Shown: positions 25,070 to 37,698 of the stretch, piece by piece
Layout: the number at the start of each line of letters is the position of its first letter
Position numbering within the stretch: the stretch's first letter is position 1
NCBI GenBank assembly: GCA_040285855.1
Contig: JAUFOQ010000006.1
Span: 496,001 to 560,000 of the forward strand
Source: Eukaryota sp. GEM-RC1
Lineage: Eukaryota
Direction: 5' to 3'
Length of the DNA: 64,000 nt
Notes under the pieces: generated by a model
Seen by the model: the letters and a program-made list of their open reading frames with translations, nothing else
What the model was told of the DNA's origin: nothing
Database searches by the model: none
Translations under genes and position numbers: made by a program

Positions 25070-25904
25070 CATAGTTGTACTTCACAAATCACACTGTGAT
25101 CCGTGATCACAATTGTTCACGCCAAACTTGGGTGCTATCTTGTTTATTTATCAGATGTTAGTCAAATATATGGAAAAAAACACAACGTGTAATCCATTTG
25201 TGTTGTTTACTGAACCGAGTACATCATATGAATAGAGAAAAGTGAATTTATAGCGGTTAAAATGAGGCAAATTACACTAACAAGAATCGGAAAAATAGAA
25301 AACTTACTCCCTCCTTCATTCCTCTATCTAAATGTTGTCATGTCTGAGTGGCAGATTCTCATTCTGAACCCCAAGAATTAGTTTTATTTGTTTTTTTTTG
25401 TTTTTTTAGATTTTTGTTTGTTTGATTGTTTGCAGGCTAGTAAATATGTCTGATAATCATTTAGATGATGTTTATGGAGTTTATTTTATCTATTGGAAGC
25501 AAGAAGAAAGAAATCTGTATTTCGCGCAACTTAAAACATTTTTAGAAGAAGATATCAACCATTTTGTGCGTTGTGTGGTTGACTCAGACGAAGATGATGC
25601 CAATGTGGAAGAAATAGTGAATTGTCCAACAAAAAAAACTAGCAGTAATAATAAGTAGATTATTGATGAAATAAAGTAGAAATAAACATGTCTTCTTTAA
25701 GTTTGTGATAAATTAGCATTTGTATCACTGTTGTTTGAGATCAAATCGTCGGAAGCTAAGTCACAATAGGATAATTCTTCACATCATTACACTTTTCATA
25801 CTGGGTGTGATTGTTGTGATCGATCATTGTTATCACACTTTGTGATTGTGATTTGTGATCGCAAATCACAAATCAGAGCAAACTTGTTGTGAAGTACAAC
25901 TATG
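25070..25904. mobile_element. hAT-type MITE
   Basis: 18-bp perfect TIR CATAGTTGTACTTCACAA; 8-bp TSD GTAAAAGA (25062-25069, 25905-25912); TGTGAT subterminal repeats. Confidence 0.93.
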
Positions 25905-26209
25905 GTAAAAGATGAATTCTTAGTCTTGTTGGGTTTGTTTTGGGTACGTTACTCAATCAATCAAAATTGATTGATTCTGTGGTTTGATAAAAACTTCTAT
26001 GACTATAGGAATAATGGAATTGAGTTTCATAGACTAATGTGATGGTGATTAAAATCTTGTGCGAGAGACTCGAACTATTTTTTGAAGTCCAAAATCCAAC
26101 AGATCCTTGATTTTGAGTGTGACTTAATCTGCTGTTGTTGTATGCTAGATACTATTGTTGCCAGTGTGCAGTCAGTAGCTTAGATATTTGATCACATGAC
26201 TCTATGACT

Positions 26210-26506
26210 TTATTCTCCAAGATCTTCTTCTTCCTGTATCAGTCTTCGTTTGTAAGCTCTCTTTACTTTACCTTCTACGTGTCTAGGTCTCATTCTATTC
26301 CCTTTACAGTGTTTGCTTACTATTGAAGCCACAGCAGATTCTTTAGGAATGATTCCATGATATCTTCGCGAAGCAAAATGTTCTAAACAACTCAATGTTT
26401 CCTCGTTTGCCACGTCATCACCCCTTTCAAGCCTCTTAATTGTTGGGATCCGTCTTTCATTATTCAACTTTCTTTCTAGCTCTTGTCTGTCCTCCATTGG
26501 AAGCAT
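26210..26506 (-). CDS. Hypothetical protein
   Basis: 98-aa ATG-initiated charged ORF; no motif recognised. Confidence 0.3.
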   Translation of the reverse strand: MLPMEDRQELERKLNNERRIPTIKRLERGDDVANEETLSCLEHFASRRYHGIIPKESAVASIVSKHCKGNRMRPRHVEGKVKRAYKRRLIQEEEDLGE

Positions 26507-26603
26507 TTGAACGAGAGTAGAATTCTTGAATTGTCTAGCAGATTTCTATATCAATAAAAACAAGATATCAATAGTTGCTAACTTTTATTTAAAAACGCTT
26601 ACA

Positions 26604-27140
26604 ATGCACAAACTTCTTTGCACTACAATCCTTATAATCTTGATTCAATCAACGATTGCCACCAGAGACTGTGATCTCTGCAAACGTGGTGTTAACGGGT
26701 TAGTTCCACCAGTTGTTCGCAACAAGTTCTTTGCTGAGTTCTTCATGAAGATGGCTTGCGATAGAATTCTTCAGTTATCTCTTACGGAGCGGACCCAATG
26801 CAAGCAGTATGTACATAAGAACTTGGATCATTTGATGACGTGGATAAAAGAACGTCAAGCAGCAGATAACATATGTAAGTTTGTTCGAAAATGCGAAACT
26901 ACACATTCTGAAGAATTTGAAATATCTAAGAAAATTTTGCCAAAGATAATCGAATTTGTACCTGTCGTTGCTCAAAATCCAGAGTTTAACAGATTTGTAA
27001 AACATTTTTGTAAAGATCATGCAAAAGACTTAGAGTTGGACAGAGCTAGATGCAAGGACTTTGTTTTCAAAATGAGAGATCACGTGTTAAAAATGGACGA
27101 TATAGAAGGTTTCGCATCATCACTGTTAAACGGATTCTAA
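26604..27140 (+). CDS. Secreted saposin-like protein (one full SapB plus a partial second domain)
   Basis: Signal peptide; CDLC...C...CKQYV...ICKFVRKC six-cysteine saposin spacing. Confidence 0.8.
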   Translation: MHKLLCTTILIILIQSTIATRDCDLCKRGVNGLVPPVVRNKFFAEFFMKMACDRILQLSLTERTQCKQYVHKNLDHLMTWIKERQAADNICKFVRKCETTHSEEFEISKKILPKIIEFVPVVAQNPEFNRFVKHFCKDHAKDLELDRARCKDFVFKMRDHVLKMDDIEGFASSLLNGF

Positions 27141-27158
27141 ATAAAAACATTGATTACA

Positions 27159-27722
27159 TTAAATCAGAATTAAGTAAATGCAATCAAATCTGATTGATTC
27201 TAAATTAGATAGACAAATCGATATCAGAATATTCTTCCTCTTCATTTGGAGGTAATTCGATGGCTGATTCAGCTGTAGTTTTAACTGGGGGGAGAATCCG
27301 TGGGGAAAACCAATGAAAAGAAGTGATGTAGGATCGTAAAGGCGTTGTTCATCAATATCAGAAGCAAATCTGACTCGACGCGAAGCAACGCTAGAAGATG
27401 ATATAGTTTTGTTTGGGGATATAGGACGTAGAAGTTGCTCGTCCTTTTTTGAAGAGGGTGTTGTCGTGGAAGGTGCAGTGGAGCGGGATATTTTGGATGC
27501 ATCATGAGAAGATTTACCAGGTTCAAGAGTATACTTTGTGATAGAACTTTTTGAAGTGAGAGATAGTTCAACCTGTAAACGACTTAGATTTGCAAACTCT
27601 TGAAGATCTTGAAGTAGTCGCTTCCTCCGATGTTCAAGTTCTTGGTGCATTCAACCAAGAAAAATAAGAATGTTGCACCCAAAGAGTGTGAAGACTTTGA
27701 TTGACAAACAGACAAGGACATG
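27159..27722 (-). CDS. Hypothetical protein (frameshifted)
   Basis: ORF 27159-27650 with Ser-rich centre and RRVRF motif; start and end uncertain. Confidence 0.35.
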
Positions 27723-27744
27723 TTGAAGACTGAAAAGCCAAAAA

Positions 27745-27816
27745 TTCGCATACCGGGAATCGAACCCGGGTCTAATATGTGAAAGACATTAATGCTAACC
27801 ACTACACCATATGCGA
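27745..27816 (-). tRNA. tRNA-Glu(TTC)
   Basis: Acceptor stem TCGCATA/TATGCGA, D-arm GGTGTAGTGGTTAGCATT, anticodon loop CTTTCAC, T-loop GTTCGATTC, followed by a T5 Pol III terminator. Confidence 0.95.
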
Positions 27817-28429
27817 TTCCTTTTTTTTAAGTTATGGTGCCTAACAAATACAGTATATCTATAATTCATAATAATGTTAATGTCTTCTATCGGAATGCAG
27901 ATCAATCTAAATTCGTGTGTTCACTGTCTACCATTGTGTCAATGTTTTTTCGTTAGATGTGAATAAACATGTTTCCTTTGCACTGCTTCAGGTGTGAATG
28001 TCACTACATTATTCGACTATTCCGTAACTGAAAGATTAGAAATGTAATTATGATAGAATAGAATATCACTGAATAGAGACACCTCTGTGCTATCACTGTA
28101 AACTATTCAGAGGTTAGACTGTAGTTTTGATTTGATCTTAGTTTCTATTCATTGTTTATGTAAATTCATACTTTTGTGGAAAAATTTTGGATTTTGGTAC
28201 TGAATCGAGCATCTATCTACTTGTATTGATCGCAATTTTTGAAGATTCGTATTTAGAACATTATTATGGTTTTAGTCAGCTCTTGAAAATCAATTTGTTC
28301 TCAGACAAAGTCAGGGGAGTTAGTGTTTCCACGTTCGAAAAAATGTTTTGGACATGTTCGACATTTTTGGTATCGTACTATACAAATAGTACTGTGTACA
28401 TAAATCAATCTGATAATTTCGGTTCATCC

Positions 28430-29110
28430 ATTTAGGAGATTTGCTGGACAATTCTGAATGTGTTTGTAGTCATCGTCGCATTGCAACTTTTAGATATGTA
28501 ACTACTAGTAATTGGCCCAAATTTATTCAATTTCGTTCAGTTCTTCATAATGCTGTCAGAGATGCTACATTTGAAATGTTTAAAGCTCATGGATTTCATG
28601 CCAAAGTTAAACCTTTATTTAGTAAGTTGGGTCTTGAGTAAATGAATAATTATCGTCGAGGTGACTTACATGTCCGTTTATTGACTCTAGTCATATTATC
28701 CTTGATGTTTTAACAGTAGATCCATGTGCTCAAACATATGTTTAATGGCTTGAATTCAAAGGGTTTCAATGAACTAGAAACAGCTGAAAAACGTAAAATT
28801 GATTTTTATTCCAAAGATGTTGTTAAACTCAATCAAGATAATTTGATATTCAAAATTTGTATTTGTTCCATTTGCTATTTCTATTTTTGGTAGTACTGGT
28901 GAACTTTTTTCTAAGTTTTTAACTGATTTTCGATCTACTAGTATGTGAAAGTCTCAGAACAAGAGATTTAACTTATCAATTTGGCATAACCGTTTGATTT
29001 TTTCTTTGTTCCGTTCGATGCCTAATATTTTTATATCAATTTTCACAAAGTTGTATAAAAACTGTGGTACTGTTGACCAGGAATTTTCGGTGTCTAGTGT
29101 TTCATAGCTT
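28430..29110 (+). mobile_element. Degraded CRE-like LINE 3' part
   Basis: HNAVRDATFEMFKAHG, RRGDL, LETAEKRK and WHNRLIFSLFR parallel the 3344-4751 element; many stops. Confidence 0.8.
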
Positions 29111-29593
29111 TTATTATTATATGTATTTTTGTACCCTCCATCAATAAACTGATTTATTCTATTAAGCAATTTTAAAATTTGTTTGAATATTTGTGTTCAG
29201 AATGTGGTAAGAATTGTAACAGATTGTACTACCTGGACAGAAGAGTTTTTTGCCTTTCCAATTTTTAAGTACAGTATATGTATAGATATGTTGATTCCAT
29301 TTTGTTCAAGTTGTTTGGAGGCTACTACTTTTCAGAATTGGGCAGTTCGTTTGATAATTTGTTGTAATAGTGTGTATTAATTTTTTGTTGTTTTGTTGTG
29401 TGTTTTTCTCCGTACATAATTCCGTTTTTCAATCAAATGTTGCAAGTAGAGCTATTTATTTAATTGTATTAAAAGAAACATTCGTTAACATTTGACAACA
29501 AACAGACACTGTGTCCATTGGTCAATAATGGCGGTCAACAATAAGTTTTTTTTTGCAGTTTCCAAATTCGGACTCTTCATCACTTCATTCCAA

Positions 29594-30400
29594 ATGGAAG
29601 ACATAATCCTTGCTATAGTCTTGTTCTTTATAGGCGCCTTTGCATCATTTTTATCTGGTCTTCTTGGAGTTGGTGGCTCAGCTTATCTTTTACCTCTGAT
29701 TTTGTACGTTCCTCCCCTGTTTACCAATGTCACGATCGATATGTCAGATGCCACAGGTCTCAGTATTGGAGTTATTTGGCTTAGTAGTCTGAGCGCTTCC
29801 ATATCGCATCGCAAATCATTAGTTTCACCAAAAGTAAAGCCCCTTATTATTGCTCTAGCCATTCCTTGCAGTTTCTTTGCTTTCGCTGGAGGATTCTTCT
29901 CCCAATATGTGCCAGATCTATCTCTGAAAGCTCTATTCAGCGTTCTAGCGCTGTTTGGTGGACTTCTCATGTGCAAGAAACCCAAATCTGATGAATGGCA
30001 CCCTCTTTTGGATGATCTGCACTTCTCAATGGTTGGTGCTATCATCGCTGCTTCAATCGTTGGTATCTTCGCAGGATTAGTGGGTGCTGGTGGTGCTTTC
30101 CTTCTCAGTCCAATCTGTGTCTACATCCTGAATATCCCTACAAGAGTAGTCATTGCCTCTTCAATGGTCGTTGTATTTGCTTCTTCTACTGCTTCCTTAA
30201 TTGGAAAGGTTTTGGCCCACATGGTTGACTATGAAAGACTGCTGTGGTTGGCTCTGCCTACGATTCCTGTAGCTAAGTTAGGGGTTGTTGTTGGAAAGAA
30301 AGTAAAGGCTAAATCGTTAAGGAAGTTGTTGGCTGTGCTTACTCTTGGTATGGCTACTAAGATGGTTTATGAGGTGATTTATGAGTTCGAACATCGATAA
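29594..30400 (+). CDS. TauE/SafE (TSUP) sulfite exporter family protein
   Basis: Two repeats GLLGVGG / GLVGAGGAFLLSP, about 8 TM segments. Confidence 0.88.
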   Translation: MEDIILAIVLFFIGAFASFLSGLLGVGGSAYLLPLILYVPPLFTNVTIDMSDATGLSIGVIWLSSLSASISHRKSLVSPKVKPLIIALAIPCSFFAFAGGFFSQYVPDLSLKALFSVLALFGGLLMCKKPKSDEWHPLLDDLHFSMVGAIIAASIVGIFAGLVGAGGAFLLSPICVYILNIPTRVVIASSMVVVFASSTASLIGKVLAHMVDYERLLWLALPTIPVAKLGVVVGKKVKAKSLRKLLAVLTLGMATKMVYEVIYEFEHR

Positions 30401-30656
30401 GAAATGAAGACTATCCAGTCAACCAGTTCTAGTCTTCTTTTAATTTATTTCTGCTACATGTAGAATTTCGTCATGGTTCGTCTTCAATTATTGAACTCGA
30501 TTGTACCGATGTATACAGTGTTGTTGAAAGAGGTGTATTTTATACACTTATTTCAACAACTCTTCCTGCTCTGTAAGTCGTATAGTGGGGACTGAATTTT
30601 GCAAAGAATTAAGTCCACTAGCAGTATAAAATTGGTTGTAGTTTTTTTCTGACAAA

Positions 30657-31049
30657 ATGTCCTCTCCATCACATTCACCTTCCACTAAATCTGCTCGTAT
30701 ACGCTTTGATGAACAGAATCTCTCTCACAACGAAGAGCAATTCAAAGAGCTAGAAGACTTCTTTGGTCCATCCAGAAGACGGCTAAATGAGCTAGAAGAA
30801 CCCAAAACCCCTTACCACTACAGTTCTCACTCTGAATCCGAACCAGACCACCAGTCCGACACCCATACCCAATCTACCGCTGAAAAAACAACAGCAGAAC
30901 ATGCCAAGGAGTTGGAAAGTGCTGTTACTCAAGCATTTGATACTCACGTCTCCCTGCAGCCATCAATGGCTCCTCAGTCCTGTTCTTTTGAGCAGAAGAG
31001 GAAGTCCCATTACAAAAACATTGGTCATTTATTGAAATCCCAGCATTAA
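30657..31049 (+). CDS. Protein phosphatase 1 inhibitor-2-like protein
   Basis: RIRFDEQNL, EPKTPYH and FEQKRKSHYK IPP-2 motifs. Confidence 0.82.
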   Translation: MSSPSHSPSTKSARIRFDEQNLSHNEEQFKELEDFFGPSRRRLNELEEPKTPYHYSSHSESEPDHQSDTHTQSTAEKTTAEHAKELESAVTQAFDTHVSLQPSMAPQSCSFEQKRKSHYKNIGHLLKSQH

Positions 31050-31188
31050 GAAGGATCTGCATCAACTTCCCCATATACTTTTTTCTTTCCTTTTCCACTG
31101 TCTATAATACAATTAACAAAAACTACTGAACTCTGTCAAAACGGCTCAATATTCTATGTACATCAAAAAATACAATATTTTAAATTTC

Positions 31189-34100
31189 TCAACGGTGACT
31201 AGTATCCGGCCTTTGGTTCTTACTTTCAGTTGCAATTGAAGGTTGTTTTGGATTCTCCATCACTCTATTTTCATCAATAAAAACAACAGGTTGCATTAAA
31301 GGCGAATCAAACACATTATCTTGTTCTCTAAACCTTGTCTGTGCACAACAATGATCAAACAGTATCGAAACCGAGTCATTAGGTGGACAACTACCTTGGT
31401 AAATCAAAACTCCATCTAGATAACAATCAAATTCGTTAACACCTCGACAAGGTGTTTTAGAGTAGTTGTGGAGTCTGATTACAGCGAGAGAGATAACAGT
31501 TGATAAGGAAAAAACAACATTGTTGAAGGTGTTTTGTGGTTTGAAATGAGCAAGCCATGAGTGTTTACCAGTACTGTCGTTATACGGTGGAGAAACTAGA
31601 TTGGAAACCCTTCGACAATCAGCACGATCTATATAGGAAGGCGGGTCTTCAATCACAGTCATTTGATCCCCACTTAGAACACCATGAGGCGTCAGAATCT
31701 CAATCCCATTAAGTCCAATGTAATGCTCATCTCCATGGGTAGACCTGGAAACAAAAGGACAGGACCAAACCCATTGGGAGATGAGGTGTTAGATACATTT
31801 GTCTACTTGGTTTTATGTACTTTGGGCGGGGAACTGAGGTTGTAGTTAGTGAGGAGAGCAGTTTAGGTAAGTTGAGTGGGTTACGGTCGGAAAGACGACG
31901 ATCAAAAATGATTACTTGCCCAAAATCAAAAGTGGCGACTCCTGGTGGTTTAGCTATTAGAAAACCATCTTCTGGGGGAAACTAGGCGATCCTTATCATC
32001 GACAATCACCATGTTTTTGACCGACCGGCACACGTCATCAGCTGATTTGTTATATCCATACACTAGAAATCCAATAACAGGGAATGAAGATGAGAACTTC
32101 ATCAAAAGGTAGTTAACCTCATTGTTAGAGTGGAGTCTGCGGGAAAGCCACATCTTGTTGTCATTAGTGGTTGTTGATGTTAAATTTTTTAAATTTTTAG
32201 GAGATCGATGGTCGACAAAGCGTTCTAATGAAGGATTGATACAAATCTCAATGTTATTTGGATTCAGCAATGCCACACTATCTTTGGTTTTAATTATAGG
32301 AATTAGTGTGGTCAAACCAATATAGTTAGAATCACCGTAGTTTTGAGTTAGATAGAACATCAATGATGACGTTTCAACGACTAACGAGTGATTGGATATA
32401 GAGCTCAGCCATGACGAAATGATTGCCTTAGTTTGATTGTTGATTGAGTGTGATTGGCTTTGAACAGTTTCGGGGTCTACAGTTTTCCTGGGTGTCGAAG
32501 CTTGTGAACGGCTCAATATCTGATGTGTGATTGGCCTTGACTTCGAGGGACTTCTCTTCGACTGAGCCCTACTAATAGGAACCTCAAAATCAGGAACTGG
32601 ATCATTCTCAGCCAACAACTGAATAATATCTGGATTCTTTGTCAACAGAATCACTTCCGCCAACTCCTTTGCTCCCTCAATCTTACCTTCCCCCTGAGTC
32701 ACTTCACCAGAGAAAATGAGCTCCTCGTTTAACAAGATCTTAAGTCCACGAACCCCTCTGGTAGAGTGAATTCTGGATGAGTTGTAGTTCCATATGCGTA
32801 CGAGAGAGATGTCGAAATCTTGTTTGAAGGTGATAAAGATTTTGTTGGTGCCAGTGAAGGGTGCAAGCCATTGGTGGTAGATGCTTGTGGTTCTTGGACA
32901 ATCATCAATCAAATTGATTGGTTTGCGAGGGTCTGATTCGGAGACACAGAAGGGATCAGCGTCGATTGAGTCAATCACGATCTTCTTTCCAAATTTGTCG
33001 AAAACTTCAATCCCTGCAAGTCCAATCCAATTATCATCACCCCACGTTGACAACAAATGGAAAGTGATGACGTTTCCCACTGGCAAAAGAGGCAAGTCTA
33101 CAGATGATAGCGCTGAGGAAGATCGACTGGAAATAGCAGGCATTGAATCAAATATAGCTCTAGACAACGTCATATCCATTGATTGCCGAGTGTCAATCAC
33201 TACGTCATCAAAAGTAACACTCTGCTTAAAACTCTGAATCAGTTCATTCTCAATACTAGATTCACTCTCTTTCTCTTTCTTTTCTTCTTCAATGACACTG
33301 TTCTCTTCAACCTTCTCTTCTTGGTCCATCTTCTTCAACTCAAACTCAACTGAATCTCGAACTGAGACCAAGGATTCCAGCCAGATTGGTCTTTTTGAAG
33401 CCTCTTGATTCCACTTGTTAGTTACAGGAACCTTGCTCACAGCTCTATCCTCATCCACGTCATCAGTCACGTCATCAACTCGAGGCTGTTTCACTTCTAC
33501 AACTTTCCGAGTTCCTCCTCTACTAGCTGACCTTACTGCTTGAGCTAACATCTTTCCAAAGGGATTAATAGAATTAGGAGTGGGTGAACGGAAAAGTGAA
33601 TCCTCTTTGATAGAGAAAGACTGAGTCACGTCATCTGATTGAAATGATGGACTGATCTCTTCAGTAATTGATTCATCAATCAAAACAGAATCATCCTGTT
33701 CGAAATCACTAGACGGATAATAAGAAGGAGAGTTATCAAGTGTTGGAGAATCATCTAAAGAAGGACGAGGTGAAAGAGGAGAAGCAGGAGGAAGAGATGA
33801 ATCTGCAGGGTTATCGTCCATGAAATGATCAGACTCTTCATGGTCAGAATGAGTAAGTGAAGAGATGAATGACCGCACGTCTTGAAGTTGAGCTTCACTG
33901 AGATTGTGTAAACGTGATATGACGTCATCTAGAAGAGGGTTTGATTGGTTTGGGGCTTGTTCTGGGTCGAATAAAGAGTCATTTCCTCTTGGAGTGACTT
34001 TGACTGCATCTCCATCACTGGTTTTAATAACAAGAGATTGTTTTGGGAGATTGCCCCATTTAGAGCGAGTTTCTTGCTCAGAAGGCGGTTCAGGACTTGT

Positions 34101-34310
34101 GAAAGTAGATTGTGCAGTAGTGCGTGAGGCATTAGCACCTCCAAAGTAGAGATCAAAGTTTTTGGGTTGTAGTTCACGTTTTTTTGAGGCAATGGTACCT
34201 TTAGAGTGCTTCTTGGCTTCCATTCGCTGAAAGAGTTTGTTTCTTTCCTCGAGAAGTGCCTTATACTGTGCATTTGTATGAACCAGGTCTTTACGTCGAG
34301 GGTTTGGCAT
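31189..34310 (-). CDS. KATNIP: Katanin-interacting protein (KIAA0556/DUF4457 repeats), frameshifted between 31660 and 31970
   Basis: Repeated STWGD..IGL.GIE, WLAPF, IRIWNYN, RGV motifs. Confidence 0.85.
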
Positions 34311-34381
34311 GCTTTCTTAGGTTCATGAGTTATGCAGATTGGAAGTGTAAATGAAATTGTCCCACTAACACTGCATTCTTT

Positions 34382-34790
34382 ATGGATACACTTATTGACT
34401 TTTCAGACCCTAATAATCTTTGGCATGAAAATGATGCTGTCTACAAGTCAACTGTGACTGTACTACTAGAACCTCCAAAGAATCCTTTTCATACAGACTT
34501 CGCTGCACATCTTGAGCAACAGCAACACCAAAGACAAGCAGTTCCTCTATCTGCTCTTATTCCTACATCTGAACAACCCAAAACTACAGTTCGTAAAAGA
34601 AAAGTTGTTGTATCTGGTCAATCAAAACCTGATCTGGGAAATCTATCGTATGCTCAGAAAGACGAAATTCATAAACGTAAAGTTGTTCCCGAAACCCCTC
34701 CAGAAGAACCTAAAAAGAAGAAGAACCACTCAAACCACTGACGAGGAGTGCAACCGGGGACATGCCGCCGCCAAAGAAAAGCTACAATGA
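34382..34790 (+). CDS. Hypothetical basic protein
   Basis: ATG-initiated ORF head-to-head with KATNIP; probable indel near 34715. Confidence 0.45.
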
Positions 34791-35286
34791 CGATGATAAC
34801 TATGACTTTTATTAGGGAGTTGATTGTTGATCTTTTTGTTTGACTAGTTCGTGCCCTTCTTCCGAACTCTTAAGCCTTATGATTGTGCTATACTTTCAAG
34901 TTGTTTTTACAAAAGGCTTGATTTGATACAGTTGATATCATTGGTTCAACGGGTGGTCAATCTTTGATACAAAATCGTTTTCAGGTATTGGTGATATTTT
35001 TTATTTTTTAGAAGTTGATTTTTCATTTACTTTGTGATCTTTTAACATCAAATAAATGAAAATACGTTGCCGAGACTGGTGGAGTTTTGGTTGTAACATG
35101 TGTTCTGTCACCCAAAGTTGCATATAATTTACAAAATGTAATCACTGAATTGATGATTCACAGTAAGTTAAAGCTCTGTGGATTTCTGTTAAGGTCTTGA
35201 CCACAATTAGTTTGAGTACAAAATTAGTCAGATTCCGACCGACTTTGTGAACTGAAGAGTCCATACGAAATTCAATTTTGTTTTGA

Positions 35287-36090
35287 ATGACTTCCCCACC
35301 TCAAAAACGTTCACGTACAGATAACATTCCAATCCAACAACGTGTAACCTCTGTCTATGTAACTAATCTTCCTTCTGATGTCACTGTTGATGAACTTGTC
35401 TCTTTCTTTTCCAAGGCTGGTGTTGTCCGTCGTAATGAAGAAACTGGTGAACACCTCGTCCGACTCTATACTAAAGGCGATGCCAAAGTCACTTTCCTTC
35501 GCCCAGAGTCAGTCTTCCTTTGTATACAACTCCTCGATGACACCCCCTTACGCCCTAATACTCCAAACATCCACGTAGAAGAAGCTTCATCTGAGCCCAA
35601 GCCGAAACAGTCTTCTTCTTCTGATCCTAAAGAGCCCAGACCCTCCCGTGCTTCAACCATTTCTGCAAGAGAACGTAGAAGAAGATTCAAGAAGCAATAC
35701 CAACAAGCTCTAGGTTGGGGTGACCCCACCTCTACTCTACCACCTGGACAACGTGTCGTCGTACTCAAGAACATGTTTACATTGGAAGAAGTTGAAGAAG
35801 AATTAGGCTTACTCTCTGAAATCAATGACGAGGTTCTCCAAGAAGCCTCAAAGTACGGTGATGTAGAGAAAGTCACTGTCTATGGAGAGAATCCCGAGGG
35901 AGTGGTGACTGTGAGGTTTAAGGAGGGTTCAAGTGCAACTCAGTGTGAAGGAGTGTTTGATGGGAGAGTTTATAATGGGCATTTGGTCAAGGCGTATCTT
36001 TGGGATGGTGATGAGAAGTTCAAAAAGAAGAAGACGATTGAGGAGGATGACGATATTGAGCGTTTTGTTAATTTTGAAACAAAAGATTAG
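35287..36090 (+). CDS. HTATSF1: HIV Tat-specific factor 1 / Cus2 U2 snRNP factor
   Basis: RRM SVYVTNLP..FSKAG..KGDA..ESV.LCIQLLD plus UHM VVLKNMF..EASKYG..NPEGVVTVRF..WDG. Confidence 0.9.
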   Translation: MTSPPQKRSRTDNIPIQQRVTSVYVTNLPSDVTVDELVSFFSKAGVVRRNEETGEHLVRLYTKGDAKVTFLRPESVFLCIQLLDDTPLRPNTPNIHVEEASSEPKPKQSSSSDPKEPRPSRASTISARERRRRFKKQYQQALGWGDPTSTLPPGQRVVVLKNMFTLEEVEEELGLLSEINDEVLQEASKYGDVEKVTVYGENPEGVVTVRFKEGSSATQCEGVFDGRVYNGHLVKAYLWDGDEKFKKKKTIEEDDDIERFVNFETKD

Positions 36091-36210
36091 ATTGTGGTGA
36101 CTAGAACGTGTTTTTATTGCTTTCAACTTCACTAATTCGCTTCTTTCCTATTTCGTTAGGTCTGATTATTGTAACGCTGGGTATATTTAAATGACGTGAG
36201 ATTCTGTCTC

Positions 36211-36238
36211 AGGATTCTATCTAATTAGATAGAATCCT
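36211..36238. repeat. Perfect 28-bp palindrome
   Basis: AGGATTCTATCTAA|TTAGATAGAATCCT. Confidence 0.95.
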
Positions 36239-37105
36239 TGACCTCTGTTAGACGTTTTCTTGATTTCATTTCATCATTTAGTTTATATTGGGTGACTTTA
36301 AGGATATCTCTGAGTAGTCAAGGGTTTGAGTCTGTTCTCCATCAATCAAAAGTTATTGATTGAATGATCAAGATTGAGACTATGTTCTCTTGTTCATTCT
36401 TATTAGAGTGCTGAATTAAATCTGTTAATCTATCCATTAGTGCGAGCATTGGTGTTCGAGGTGTATATTCATTTTGATTGGGGTTATTTTGTTCCACTGT
36501 TTGTTAAACAATCTTTATTTAACATCCATACTTTCTAGGCTTGGGACACAGGAAAGGACAAGAATGGCAAAACCCGGTTCGTTTTGTTCTTCTGTATTGT
36601 CTTTATTTTAAATTGTCTAATAAAAAAAGCGGATTTATGTGCGGAGAAAAACACACAACAAGAAAACAAATATTAATAGAGACTATTAAAACAAATTATC
36701 AAACGAACTACCCAATTCCGAAAGGTAGTTACCACCAAACAATTTGGACAAAATGGAATCAACAAATCTATACATAGACCTAAAAATCGAAACAATATTA
36801 TCTTTTCAGAAAATTGTTGCGTCTATTCTGAAGACTTATACAGTAGTTCTATTGTTTAGGTATTTTGATTCGACTTTGAACCGTCTTTTTGCAGTGAGTC
36901 ATGAACTTGAGATGATGTAGAGGTATTGGTATCTTTGATGATGATCTTGATTAATATGATTAAATTAATGGGGAACTGTACGATTCAGAGTTTGAACTCA
37001 ATCTTTGGCATACGCATTGATAAACAGTAATGTATTGACCACTACACTAGTTTGTCCACATCACAGTTAGGCAGTTACCAATTTACTTATCAAATTCTTT
37101 CTCTC

Positions 37106-37579
37106 ATGAAAATAGCAATTGGATGTGATCATGCTGCTGTAGATGCTCGAACACTGGCTATTTCTACTGTTGAACGCTTAGGACATTCTGTTATAGCAAT
37201 AACTGGACCCAAAACTTCTTCTGAAAAATACGACTATCCTGATGCAGCCCATGAAGTAGTTGTTGCTCTACGTGGTCTTACTTCCGATAATACACTTCCT
37301 GATCCTACTGAAGCTGTAGGTATTGTGGTATGTGGATCTGGAATTGGTATATGTATGGCCGCCAACAAACATTCTGGTGTTAGATGTGCTCTTTGTCATG
37401 ACCACTACAGCGCTAAAATGTGTAGAGCACACAACAATGCAAATATCTTAGCAATGGGGGCTCGGACAACTGGTCCAGACATCATTGTTGAAATGATTGA
37501 AACATTCTTATCCACACCATTTGAAGGAGGTCGTCACCAAGGTAGACTTGATAAGATTATGTCTTATCAAAATGCGTAG
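37106..37579 (+). CDS. rpiB: Ribose-5-phosphate isomerase B
   Basis: MKIAIGCDHA, DYPD, CGSGIGICMAANK, AHNNANILAMGAR, FEGGRH..R. Confidence 0.95.
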   Translation: MKIAIGCDHAAVDARTLAISTVERLGHSVIAITGPKTSSEKYDYPDAAHEVVVALRGLTSDNTLPDPTEAVGIVVCGSGIGICMAANKHSGVRCALCHDHYSAKMCRAHNNANILAMGARTTGPDIIVEMIETFLSTPFEGGRHQGRLDKIMSYQNA

Positions 37580-37698
37580 GCTTCACCAACATTGTTTGTT
37601 TGTTTTTGCTGTTGAAATCTTACATTCGTACAGTATTAATTTATTAAGATCAACAGATATGATACATGATGAGAAAGAACTTGACAATAAATAAATGT

